Assembly: GCA_910592345.1 (NCBI GenBank) | Contig: CAJVPI010000268.1 | Coordinates: 1-37,761 of the forward strand | DNA: 37,761 nt | DNA from: Paraglomus brasilianum | Taxonomy: Eukaryota | Direction of reading: 5' to 3' | Shown here: piece by piece, positions 23,994 through 36,331 of the stretch | How the letters are laid out: each line of letters begins with the position of its first letter | How positions within the stretch are numbered: the stretch's first letter is position 1 | Program-made: the position numbers and the translations under genes | The notes under the pieces: model-generated | Databases searched by the model: none | What the model saw: only the letters and a program-made list of their open reading frames with translations | What the model was told of the DNA's origin: nothing

Positions 23994-26900
23994 AATTAAG
24001 AAAAAAAACACTCCCCCTCCCCCCCAAATAATAAGAAAAGTAACCAATGAAGCATTTGAAAGAGAGAGAGAAAACGAATATAGACGCTTGATTTCTACCA
24101 TATAGACAAATTAAATTGTTTCCACTAACAAAATAGTTTTCCGACTATACGCTGGTCGTGCTGAACTTACCATTATTAGTTTATACTTTTTAACTGTAAA
24201 TAATTCTTAATGTAATAAAGAATAAAAAATTTTGAAAATAAAAATGATCGTCGAATGCAAATTCCCGTATCCATGGTGCGACTGTAACAGAAATTATGCA
24301 AGTAATACATTTATCCTTTGTTGTTGAATGGCGCAAGTTACATCATGTTCCATGGGTGATACCTGTATGACATCGGAACCTTTTGTGTTGTCGGGTACAT
24401 CCATATAAAGAATATTCCCATGGGGGCTTGTGTTCGTCAATACTGTTTTTAGCCGGTACTAACCGTTAAAGAAATTCAAGGGTTATAGTTTTGTACCCCA
24501 CCTCTTTCCGATGGTAAATAAATTTGACCCAATAAAATTGCGATTTAAAAATAGAAATCCGACTGAATATTAATTAAGAACATACAAGGAAATTTTAATA
24601 AGACAAAGTATGAGTAGTAAGAAAAAAAAAGCAAGAGAATATAAAGCAAGAGTATTGTTCCTACAACAAACCCTTTACAAACTAATATATACATTCAAAA
24701 CGACTAATTCTTGTTGACATTTTTTAGGAGGCAAAAACTATTAGGTGTAGAGATCACAAGGCTTGGCGTTATTATGTGCGTGTTATAAAAGCATCCGAAT
24801 ATTTGCTTAGCTTACAATGTGTGTGTCGATTGTTCAATTCAATCACTGCACACATTGTAAAAATCATTGTGGTGAACACAAGAGCATGCAGATTGCTTTA
24901 TGGGCTTTGGTTGGGCAAGCTTTTGAATAACAACCGTGTTATTTTAATACATATAAAGTTTATTTAGATTGACTTTTATAATGCTTACAGTATGTAATTT
25001 CGATGTTAATTAAATGTTAGTCTTATTCAACATGCCCGATAAGTACGTTTTAATTATCAGGTAGCCGTAAGCTCTGCAAGTTTGCATTTGTGTGCGTTAC
25101 ACTACAACGACAACGTACTGCATTATTTCATATGCACAACACGTATATCATGCTGGCGTTTTATAATGGCGACTATTTAGTACACACGACTTTTTTGAAA
25201 TGTCGGAGTTAGTTGTCATGCTCAATTATGCTATTTATACAAGTTACTAGTCTATTTCGGAGTTAGGCTCTGAATTCGAGTGCATAATGTCGTGTCGAAT
25301 GTCTCGATCTACTAATTGACTTCTTTTTAAGTAAAGTCCCCAACAATGAGGCTCAAGCCTCAATTTAAACAATCAGACTAGAATAAATAAAGTCATCTGC
25401 TTAAACTTGATATTAACAGTAAATATATCACATTATAAGCGCTGGAACAACATTAAGGAGATTATAGTTTAATGCTTACACTACACTATAAGATACTCAA
25501 TTTTTGAACATGCACGAACAACGATATTGTTTGTAAGATGATTTGAATCACAAATTGATAACGATTACACGGCCGAAAACCAAACGCCATGTTACTGCCT
25601 ATCTGAAAAGAAGTCTAGAAAATTGCTCTGGGTGTCAGACTACCTTGCGTAACGTATCACATTTTGCATAGTCAGAGACAATAATACAAATAGCACGCAA
25701 TATAGCGTAACTATTGTTAAGTGAGAAATCTATCCCGTGGCTTATGGTTACATCAGGTTACATTTGCGCCAATCATTCACTTCTACTAATAATAACACAG
25801 TCATATTTGATTTTTGAACTCCCTGTTCGCCAAAAAGTACCCGGTTTACGGTATATTTTTAATATTATGTACATGTGTAAGAAAGGAGAAAGGGGGATGG
25901 GGATGGGAATGGGATGGGTATGGGATGGGGAAAGGTTTTAAAAAAAAAAGTCATTTGTTTCGCTATTTTTTGGTAAGCCCAAATGCCTTTGATGGAAGGT
26001 TACACTCTCGTCTATAGACCGCAGTACATGTTACTATTTGGAAATGATTTGCTAAGAATGGGGGAGAGGAAAGCAAACAGTTTTCTAAACACTATTTTGG
26101 CTCCGTCAAAAAACTTGCTTGTCTTTTTAACGTATATTGATATTTCGTCTGCGACATGTTTTCTAGCTTCAACAACACACGAGTGAGTGGGTGTTGCATA
26201 TAATCAAAATATATAATATTTGTTTGCTCACCATAAACGCTTGGCAGTACCAGCGTTGTTGATTTCTCTTAAAAATTAATGTAACAAACATTGTATTAAC
26301 AACGTGTGTTATAGATAGGTCTTGAAAATTAACTTAGTTAATTAGGTTATAATAATATATCATTGCACTTTTACCTCCCATTGTATGTTTTCCTGATGAC
26401 CGCTCTATATTACAAAACGCTGTTTGCTCTTGTCAATACTTTATCTTTTACAGTCTTTACTGAAACGAATTGTCAGTCTCTAACTTGTTTGTCAAAAAAT
26501 ACGTAACTAACCAAACTATTTAATACAACGTATAGCCGTTGCTTGTATTTATAGTGAGCTTTATCTCATGCTGTCTCCCAACTTTGCCGATAACAACGGT
26601 TTTACTTTAGGTTTACTGGATGCAGGTTTACTGGATGCCACGCGTTTTTAATATCCGTTCCAATCGACATTGTTTCTTTTCCCACTTTTTTACTATAATC
26701 ATTTATAAGCAGATAGTGCATAGTGAATAAGAGGACAAGAGGACAAGGTTTGAGAATTTTGTTAGAATACTTATCTCCGCTATTTGCGGTATCCATGCTA
26801 ATCTTTACACTCTGCTCTTCGATTTAAGATACTATTATATCGTGTTTCTTCTTGGTATCCCATTACGATTGTTTTGTTGTTGCTCTGTGTGCCAACCCGG

Positions 26901-27425
26901 CTTTTCTGCAGATAAATTTTGCAGTGTCTTTTACTCAATAGGTTAAACTTGCCTTTCCAGCAATCCATTTAGTCTATCTGCGAATGGTATTAATATTTGC
27001 GTGTGTTTATGTGAAAGAGTGCCCAACTTATGTCAGAAACCGTTTACAACCTATAACAGTACAATGTGTATTAGGCTGCAATAAAGTTAAGGAGGTCATC
27101 TTATGTTCGTTAGATGATACAGGCGATAAAAAAGATACTTATAGTTATTCTAATATCATAAATTAGGACAACAATAAAAATTACTTTTGTTTGATAGATA
27201 ATGCATTTGTTTTTAGAATGTTCTTTTAACAACGTTGCATCCTTACGCTTCAATGTGTTGACTAAAATTTTTATATAACTATTACAGAGCTTATCTTTAT
27301 TTAAATCAACGCATGCATTCATATTGTTGTTGATTTGATGCAAAAGCTTACTAACACAATTTTAGGTTAATTCGCCAGCTTCCCATTTGGACATGTACTC
27401 CAAATAATTTTCTGAGGGCAACCAA

Positions 27426-27438
27426 CATAAATACGCCA
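27426..27438 (+). promoter_or_regulatory. Putative TATA-like box of F-box gene B
   Basis: CATAAATACGCCA, positionally conserved with 22999-23011. Confidence 0.6.
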
Positions 27439-27609
27439 TTTCCTTTCATTCCCAAAAAACGGGAAACAAATCCTCAACGTCGAAATCACCTATCGAAAAA
27501 TCGATGCAATAGACTGACTCGCCTTGAAATTACAGACACTTTTTATTTCACATCGAAAATTTGTTTCTGAATCGTGGACGCTTTATTGATACGATTTCTA
27601 TATCATAGA

Positions 27610-28434
27610 ATGATCCAAAACACCATCGTCGTCCCTATCCCCAACACCACCACTATGATTAACAATATGGCATTCATTACATCTTTTCTTTCCCTTCCAA
27701 ACGAAATTCTTCTTATGATTTTCGAAATGCTCGACATAGCATCCCTTTTCGCGGTCTCTGATACATGCAAACTATTCAACCTCTTATCATGCGAATATAT
27801 CATCAAATCCTTCGAATCACCAGAACTCACATTAAGGCTTTCGTTCAACCAAGAATACAAATTGAAACCCCAAGTCGAATTCCGCTTTTCTCACGTTGAC
27901 AAGGCCACAAACAATCTGGTTTTCAAGCCGAAAACTCAGAGGCAAATGAAATTCTACAATTCGGCAGTTGTACGCAAGCCTAATTTATATAATGTGGCAT
28001 TGATGACCGATAACAACAACGAGATATCGTGCTTGTCGAAAGAAAACTTTCTTCCAAAGACGGCGCCAATTTCCATCAAAAACTCGGGAACTTTCAACAA
28101 AACACATAAGATCAATCGATACAGCAACAATAATCTGCAATTGTCGTATTCATTCTCATACACTGTGAGCACCACTCCTGAAAATGTGAAACCGACGAGA
28201 AGCGGTGAAAGGTGGATAACACCCACGGAATTTTCGTGCCCGTTTGAGTTTTTCTATCCACAAGAAGATAGCGTTTACAAGAGGTTTATGAATCTGTTTG
28301 GCAAGCAACGAGGAAATAAGACGTCTATGAAGAAATTGTCAAAGCAAAAGTGGGTAAATAGTAAACTCATTGCAAGCAAAAAGTATGAACAGATGCATCA
28401 CAGTGTGTCGACACCAAATTTAGTGTTTCATTAG
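27610..28434 (+). CDS. F-box protein, paralog B (274 aa, intronless)
   Basis: FLSLPNEILLMIFEMLDIASLFAVSDTCKLFNLL. Collinear with paralog A (LRLSFNQEYKLKPQVEF, FYNSAVV.KP, TRSGERW.TP.EFSCP) with frame-preserving indels only. Confidence 0.92.
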   Translation: MIQNTIVVPIPNTTTMINNMAFITSFLSLPNEILLMIFEMLDIASLFAVSDTCKLFNLLSCEYIIKSFESPELTLRLSFNQEYKLKPQVEFRFSHVDKATNNLVFKPKTQRQMKFYNSAVVRKPNLYNVALMTDNNNEISCLSKENFLPKTAPISIKNSGTFNKTHKINRYSNNNLQLSYSFSYTVSTTPENVKPTRSGERWITPTEFSCPFEFFYPQEDSVYKRFMNLFGKQRGNKTSMKKLSKQKWVNSKLIASKKYEQMHHSVSTPNLVFH

Positions 28435-31400
28435 GAAGGAAAGTTGTTAATCTAGATAGATAAGAAATAACTAATAAACCCATTCAAAAGAGGGATTAAT
28501 GGGACATTTAGTTCTTACAATATTCTAGAATAAATAATTAACTTTTGTTTTTTCCCAACAATTTTTTTTTCACTCAAACTTTTTGCGCTGGTCGTGCTAA
28601 GTATACTACTGGTTTACATGTTAGCTATAAATTTCCTTTTGTATAATCTTTATTGTAATAAAGATAAACTTTTCCCAATGACATTGCAATTGTTTGTTTG
28701 CAGACATCACAAGACTTGCTAGGGCTGAACGCCGAATGCAATAATGTGCTGGCTATTGTTATATGTCGTGCTTATAAAGAGCAATCAAATATTGTCTACA
28801 ACTATGTAAGATTTAATGTAGCTAATAAATTACTTTGTGGCTTTGAATTAGCAAAACTTCCTTTTCTGATCTGAATAACATTTGTGTAACTTGTGTCGTT
28901 AGAAGCTATTGGATGCGTTATCGTTCTATCAGTAGAATCACTCTATCGGAGAAAATGCTTATAACATGTTATTTTCCGGATCTTCAATGCATTGATTGAT
29001 ATTATTTGAAAACGTCCGATAAGTGCGTTTAAATGGCCCTGCTTCAGTCTACATTCTGTATGTTACACGTACGCAGTATTCGTCTGCGAAACACGTATAT
29101 CACTAGCATGTTGGCGCTTTATAGCGCTGATACAATGGCTTTTTTGATAATCTGTAAAAGTTATTCTTACATAGTACTTGCACATAATATTCGGTAACAA
29201 AAGGTTTAGACTAATGTCAGACTCGATTAATTACTAGTACATTTCGGAGATACGCCTTTAGATCAAGTACATGATGTAGAGAGATAGATATATCCGATCT
29301 ATCATGTTATGATGCAGACAATAAACTTCTATTTAAGTAAAGCCCCCAACAATAAGACTTATCAACACAAAGATAAGAAATAATTAGACAAAAAGAAGAT
29401 AACCATGCACAACGTGCGAAAATTCTATACTGATGCAGTAGAAAGAAAACCTGCTCGAGATTTGTGAGTTGAAAAATTTTATTGGCATATGCCTTTGGAG
29501 GTTGAGTAAAACGCAGCGTGATGTTAAAGACAGACAAAAGTCAAGCAAATACAAAAATATAGCCTCATTGCAAAGAAATATAAACATTAAACATAGTTAT
29601 CAGTTGGTTAATGTTGTGTGAAATACTTATTAAGTGAGCTAGAAATTATTTTATTACAAGCGAGAAGGTCAAGGTACAGAACATGCCAAGATCCTAATTC
29701 AATAGTAAAATATAATATTACATAATGGTATAAACAATAAATCATTGTCTATGTACTATATTAGTCAAAATTGGATTTTACTAATAATACAAAAATTCTT
29801 GTTTAATTCTGCTGTCCGCATATACTACGTAAGTAACAGAATTTATATTGTTTTAAAGTAAATAATTAACACATTATTGTTATATAGATTATGTACATGC
29901 TTCCACTTTATCAGACTAAACTGTATACGGTACGAGCAAATTAGCCTTAAAGAATACAGTATATACAGACAACAAAATTTGTTTACTAGTAAATTGAAAG
30001 AGTGATCCGGGCTAGTTATGTATATTAAATAGTCGTTTTTTATACAAAATAAAATTACAAGAACCATTTACTATAATGTACCCGTTGAAAACGTATAGAC
30101 AATGATATTGTTACGTTAGTATTTGATCTGATTCTATTCATTAATTATGAGACACGTTGTATAATTTTGGTCGCACAACCTGATAGAGATCTATGCCGTG
30201 CAGTATTGCAGGGGATTGATAAAAGAAAAAGCGGGCTTAGTAGCACGAAGAACCCTGTGCAATTGCGCAGCAAAAAAGAAAACATTAATGTGTTACGGAC
30301 TATATCAACGGTCTCAGAACAGCATATGCTACGATTTGCAGCAGATCTATAATTCGTAGAGATAAGAAGCGCTCGATATGATGTAATTTCTGAATAGTGG
30401 TAGCACATGATCGCTGAATCATTGGCCGCCTATTATGACCGGGTTACACCAAGTTACATTTGCCCGAGTTAATATTAATATTTGTTGATATTTTAAACCC
30501 GTGTTTCGTAAAAAATACCTTGTTTACGATGTAAGTAGTAAAAAGGGTGTAAAGTACCTTGTTCCTTAGCAACAAAAACCCACCCCATTTGTTTCACTAT
30601 TCTTCTGTCAAACGCCCCCCCAATGCAAACAAGTTTCGATGACTGTTACACCGTTTATAGACCGCAGTACATTGATAATCAACTCATCAACTTGACGTTC
30701 GATGGGAAAATTCGCTGCTGGTAGAAAAATACACAAGAGGTAAATTATGCATACAATCAGAATTATGCGGCGTACAATCAGAATTATGTGGCGCTTTTGT
30801 TACCATAAATGCTTATTAGCTACTAACCTTAGCAAGCTAGTTCTTTAAATGTACGCAACAATATTTATTACATTAATTTTTATACCAATTTTGTGAATGG
30901 TGGCTGGCTAAGCCGAAATTACTTTGTCAGTAGTTATAATAACATCTAGACACCTATTATAAATTATTGTTTCTTTTCCATGACGGCTCTAATTCACAGA
31001 AAGCTTTCTTTGTTTTTGTCAACGTTTTCGGTACTTGATCAGAGTAGATTGACATATCCCAGTCTCTATTTAATTTACTTACGTCCTCCACTCATATAAG
31101 AAAGGTTTGTCTTACCTTTTTGAATACTGTTAACGATGTTGGAGATTTTCCAACTGCAACATACAAGTATATTTACAGTATAAGTTTGTAATCCGTCAAG
31201 ACAAAAGTTTTACAACTGACGCTTGAATTAATAGTACAAGTAACAATTCTAACAAATTTCGATTATTTATTTGTACACATATTAATAATCTTTTAACGAT
31301 ACAGCTACTTACGCTTCTATTTTCCGAGGCAATTTAATTTAAAGGATGGGAAGAAGCAGCATTTGTCGTATAATTAGATATTATATCAGTTACTGGCCTG

Positions 31401-34151
31401 ATGTCGACCTAAAAAAATTTTTCAAAGCTTTTGCCATACTACTGAGACAATTAATTTTATTCCTCAACATAGCTTTGAGCAATTGAGAAGCATGTACTAC
31501 TTATCTGAGAAGCTTGTAAATTATTCTCCATAGCTAAATGGAAAAGCGTAGGTAACAAAGTCGTTTTACGGCTTGAGTTTTGCTACTTAGATATTTATAC
31601 AAGTTGAGTAATTGCAACTAATGAAACTTAAGGTAAGAGAACTTTATCATTATTATTACAGCATGCTTACATAATAATAACTCAAATTATTTTTGCAACG
31701 TAAAACGTTTAGTAAATAAATCAAATAACTATCCTTCCGTTCTCAACAATAGCCACACTTTACGATACTTTGCGCTTTTGTTTCAGGAAGATTTGACTCT
31801 TATATTACACCGAAGATGATAGCGCTCACAATACTGGTAACTTTATATGCATGCTATTCTTTTTTTCTTTTTTTCTTTTTTTTTTTACCTTATTCTCATT
31901 GCGATTAGAGACTCATATTAGGTACAAATTAAATAATTGTAATTTTGATGGATACTGCAATCTATTTGAATAAAATTATTGAGGACTGTCATTCTATGAA
32001 CTGAAAAGTAATTTTATTCCAAGTAACATTGTCTTATTAATTAAACAGGTACAAGACGAAAGCAGAAAATTTGGTTAAAGCTATTGTTGAAGGCTGCGCG
32101 AACATTGAGAAAGTTGTTATGGTAATGTAGGGTGGGTTGATCAATGGACGAATGTCTATTATTAATATTTACTACGGAGCTACGCACGATATCGGAATGG
32201 AAAGTACATCTACATTTAAAACGTCTAGTGGGCGAATTTTCAAGTGACAGAAAAGTACCCGCCACTAAGAAATAATAGCTACGTTAAATTGCGTCGAATC
32301 AATATTACAAGCCCTGCTAAAGAAAAAAGCGTCAATCTACCTACTACAATTTGTTTTGTAAGTATATGATTAAAGTTTAATTGTCATTTTACCGTTATCC
32401 TAACTAACGCTATTTTACATGTATGCAGTTCCTGACTAGACAGACAATAATTGTTTACCACTTGTGGAGGTAAATGCAAACAAGAACAGACAAAACGAAC
32501 GATTTGAAGATATACAGTATGTAAAATAAATTTCCTTCGCTGCATTTACATTCCCATATGCCAGATAAAATAATAAGATAATCTTAGACTCAAAGGGGAT
32601 TAAAAATTCTTTTCTGTTGGAAATATGATTCGGTATAACGGATTAAATTGTGGTAAGAAGCAGGATTTATTAAAGCTTAACTTATTGCTTCACCAAGATT
32701 AATACATTGACTTCGTTCATAATATATGGGTATGACTTTTGAAGATACAACAATTATTTGACTACGTCTTATGTTAAAAAATGCTCAACACAATATTAAT
32801 ATTAGCAAGGAATATTTAAGTGAACAATTAAATTTAGTTGCATTTAGATATCTTTATACAATTTACAAGTACAGTACATCTCGAATAATATTGATAAACT
32901 CAAAAGTCAAGTACATGCATAAACCGCTGCAATGGTCCTCTGTTTATTATAATGTAACTAACATTAACGTCTGTTCAATAAGGAGTAACTATGCCTTGCA
33001 TAACATGGAATTCTATATTTGCAAAAGCAGCTGAAGTATAACTTAAATTCATGAGTTATAAAATATATTGGCACTTATAATAGGTACAATGTTAAAGACG
33101 AACAAATTTATGCAAGTAGAAAAGTTCCAAGTTCAGTTATGATATAAGACAATTGTCTTAATTAGCAACGTAATAATTAATTGTAAGCGTTAGTATGTTG
33201 GGAATGTTTGTTAGCATTATTGCTTGTAGACGTTTCCTAACTTGGCGCGTTTGAATATTTTCGCAACCTGCGAATTTATTCTTCCGCTCAGTAAATTATA
33301 CGCACCATATTATCTGTTAAAGACCCAATAGATTTAGCTATACTAGATTAATAAAGTTACCTTATAAACGAATCATATTCGAGTGGCATCAATAGTGACT
33401 TACTATTTGTTAACTTAAACAAACGGGAATTAATCTAATTCACGCACAATATTTGTTGTGGCTATACTTGAGTAACATTCTAAAAAAAACAAGTCTCAGT
33501 TGTTCACATATTTATATCAAAGACTTTTCTAATACGTATTCTAATTAATGGTTGATTACTATTATCCTAATTACTTATCGACAGAAAATGCTCGGTAAAC
33601 GATTACTGTCAAACTCACACATGAAGGAGTCGAGTAGCATCGATTAAGCACAGAACACACCACTAATGTGATGTAAAAAATAACTATATCACCCGTGTTT
33701 AATAAATCCTTATCTTGATCCTTTGATGACGTCAAATTGATAAAGTTTATTGCGGCAGACAATAACATTATGTTGTATGACAACGTACAAGAAGATTAAG
33801 TGAATGTAAATTTAGATATGTGTACCGGAAGCTATATTTACAAATGGCACCTAATATTGAAAGACAAAAAACTATTAACGGGATTGTCAGACCTTATTTA
33901 GATTCAAACAAAGTTATGCATTCTTTGTACGACATTGAACGACATCTGGAATTTGTAATACAAAAGTCTCATTTTGGGTAGATACTTTTCGGAATAGGTA
34001 GAATTTATTGTGAGAAAAACGCCGTAATCAAATCACTTCCTATAACAGGTCTTTTTTTTGATACAAAGTTTTGTATATTTATAAGGTGATTATCTCAACA
34101 TCTAGTACTTTCACTTTTCATTTGTCACATACCCTTCGGCAGTTGCCTACC

Positions 34152-35025
34152 ATGAAATGCGTTGCGACAGCCGTCGCATTTGCTTGTTTAGCTTTACTCA
34201 TAACAGGTATGAATGCGACGGTCGACTGATTACCCAACTGCGCATTTTGTATCGCTAAACTCGTTCTATTGTTTAGCCGAGATCGAAATTCTGTATCCGT
34301 CATCAGCGTATTGGCTAGTGTCCAATACTACAGCAGTCCTGTTATGGAATTCAACCGACGCAACTAATGATCCAACGAGTTTTTCTATTTTTCTGACTAA
34401 TCCTGCAAGTATTCCGTTGACGACTACAAACACTAATTAACCATTACATATCACTAACACTCTTACCATTACTATCAATCATAGAATATTACTACTTTGA
34501 AACAATACGCCTTAGCCAATAACGTAGTGACCGCTACAAAAAATCATTCAATTATTGTGCCAAATTTTATGACCTTTGGCGTAGTGCAAGGTACTTATAA
34601 CGATGTAAACGTTTTACTTTTCGCACTCATTTTATTGAAAATTGTATACTAATTTGCATGTTCTATCCTGCACATTTCTTTCATAGGTTATAAACTCATT
34701 TTTACAAATATCGGTAATATTTCAAATATTGTGGCTACTTCAGAGCCATTTGACATCAAAGCCGCTGGCAGCGAACGTAAGTAGAAATAATATATTTAAG
34801 TCAAACTTTTGTTCCATTTTCGTCAATTAATTCCGCCCCTCTTTTTTCTTGTAACTAGCATCTACCTATGAACCTCCTAAGCCCAATGTTAGTACGACAA
34901 CGTCAGCAGCCACCCCTACAGGCAGTACAAGTAGTACAAGCAAGCCGAGCAGTTCAATAATGCTGAGTCCAAGAGCATGTTTGAATGCTCTGTTTATCAT
35001 TGCGGCCGTAATGCTGTCATATTAA
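34152..35025 (+). CDS. Secreted, probably GPI-anchored Ser/Thr-rich cell-surface protein (Kre9/Knh1-like N-terminal Ig-like domain), 181 aa; exons 34152-34206, 34277-34404, 34485-34590, 34687-34776, 34859-35025
   Basis: Signal peptide MKCVATAVAFACLALLITA; IEILYPSS..W..W.S...DPTSFSIFLTNP; LANNV; GYKLIFTNIGNISNIVATSEPFDIK; S/T/P-rich linker; hydrophobic C-terminus CLNALFIIAAVMLSY*. The exons sum to 546 nt in frame when intron 2 uses a GCAAGT donor. Mostly missed by the ORF track. Confidence 0.88.
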
Positions 35026-35415
35026 TCATATCTGAGTAAATTGTTTGTCTTGTGAAAGGTTAAATTTATTTCTTACAAAGTTGAGACTTCTCAAATCAAA
35101 TTTTCCAATGTGATTAAAAGGTAGACCTAAAAAATTGCAAAATTCAAATTAAAATAATGTAACGAATTGTATGTATGTGTTTTTTCAATTATATTGGCCT
35201 AAAAGGAAGACGTATGGTCAGGTGATAGTCACTTTAGACCCACACTTTACACGCATTAGGTATTTTTCTTAAAGCATTTAAGCCATCAGCTGAGTTATAT
35301 TTAAACTCATAATATTGGAGAGGCAAGAATCAGATTTGTTGCTTATTTATAGAATATGAATTCAAACAGTCAGTAGAAGTCCAGAAACTGGAGGAAGAAT
35401 GGGAGGAATACACAC

Positions 35416-36331
35416 TGTCACGACGAGTCGGTCTGCTGACGCAGTCGAGCAAGTCAGGTGATAAAATCTTCCTCCGCAGTCGAAATACTACCCGCAGCGA
35501 TCTAATTTTAGTATTGTCACACTAGAGTTCAAATGTAGTAATTTTCGGGACGGAAAATGGTGGCAGTACGAGATACAAACAATAGCTAAGTTTAGTAATT
35601 TTCGTGACGTTTTTCGGTGGCAGTACGAAATTAGTAGTTTTCGTGACGTTTTTTGGTGGCAAGCCTTATATAAGAAGGGCTTCCCTCATCATCGAATCCT
35701 CATGTTGTTCGGTTCATATGTTGTTTAGTTCCTTACGTTGAATAATATTGATCTATTAAATACATGGATTAGAACATATCCAAGGAAATAAAATTTGTTA
35801 CGAATTCCTTTTGAATACTTAATCATATACTATCCATATTTTATTATCTTTCTATTTATCGACGTTAAATATTGATACTTGAATCCGGATTGGAGTCTGA
35901 GATAGCTTGCTTACAGACCATTCGCAGATACTTCGGTTAGCGATATATCTGTTGAAGCAAGATACACCTTTTAAGAGTGCACGCAAGTCAATATTAATAT
36001 TCGACATCGACTCTCCCGTTTACCGTTTAATTAGTTATAGTAATAATTAGAAGTGACAAGATACCCGACTAGTCAAAACACTAAATCAAAGACCGCCCTG
36101 TTTTAAATTAAATATAAATATTCCCCTTCGATTCTGTGGCAATATTGTAGTGTAACGGTATTGTCATAGGCCCTTACTTAGAAACGAGTATAGGTTATAC
36201 TTCGTCTAGGGAGTTAGTAAAGCGCGCAATTAAATATAGTTACTTATAAATTTGATTCAGTCGTAAAGACAATCGCTATTAGTAGGGGTAGCGATTTGAG
36301 TTAAATTTGGTAATATCCCCCTGTCGGCGAA
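35416..36331 (+). mobile_element. Solo LTR-like insertion (~916 bp) with 5-bp TSD CACAC
   Basis: It begins TGTCAC after CACAC (35411-35415) and ends GGCGAA (imperfect ...GACA terminus) before CACAC (36332-36336). It has internal ~41-bp tandem repeats (TTTTCGTGACGTTTTT.GGTGGCA, ~35540-35662) followed by CTTATATAAG. Confidence 0.65.

Larger units (their letters stand above)
23000..31050 (+). repeat. Old tandem segmental duplication: ~23000-26450 versus ~27425-31050 (F-box gene plus several kb of downstream non-coding DNA)
   Basis: Collinear conserved blocks: CCGATAAGT.CGTTT (25036/29016), ACACGTATATCA (25139/29091), TTACTAGT..ATTTCGGAG (25244/29231), TTTAAGTAAAG.CCCCAACAAT (~25326/~29332), GGTTACA.CA.GTTACATTTGC (25746/30442), TATAGACCGCAGTACAT (26013/30656), ATGAC.GCTCTA (~26396/~30980). 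Confidence 0.85.

Noticed and set aside
23126..28226. Minus-strand ORFs 23126-23437, 27603-27860 and 27954-28226 conserved between duplicates
   Set aside because: They are antisense shadows of the F-box CDSs, and their similarity is explained by the sense genes.
26609..30793. Small tandem duplications (AGGTTTACTGGATGC x2 at 26609; TACAATCAGAATTATG.GGCG x2 at ~30752)
   Set aside because: Ordinary slippage duplications with no sign of function.
35416..36058. Shorter LTR boundary TGTCAC...GTGACA
   Set aside because: It has perfect 6-bp inverted ends but no TSD. The 36331 boundary gives a CACAC TSD and restores the flanking reading frame.
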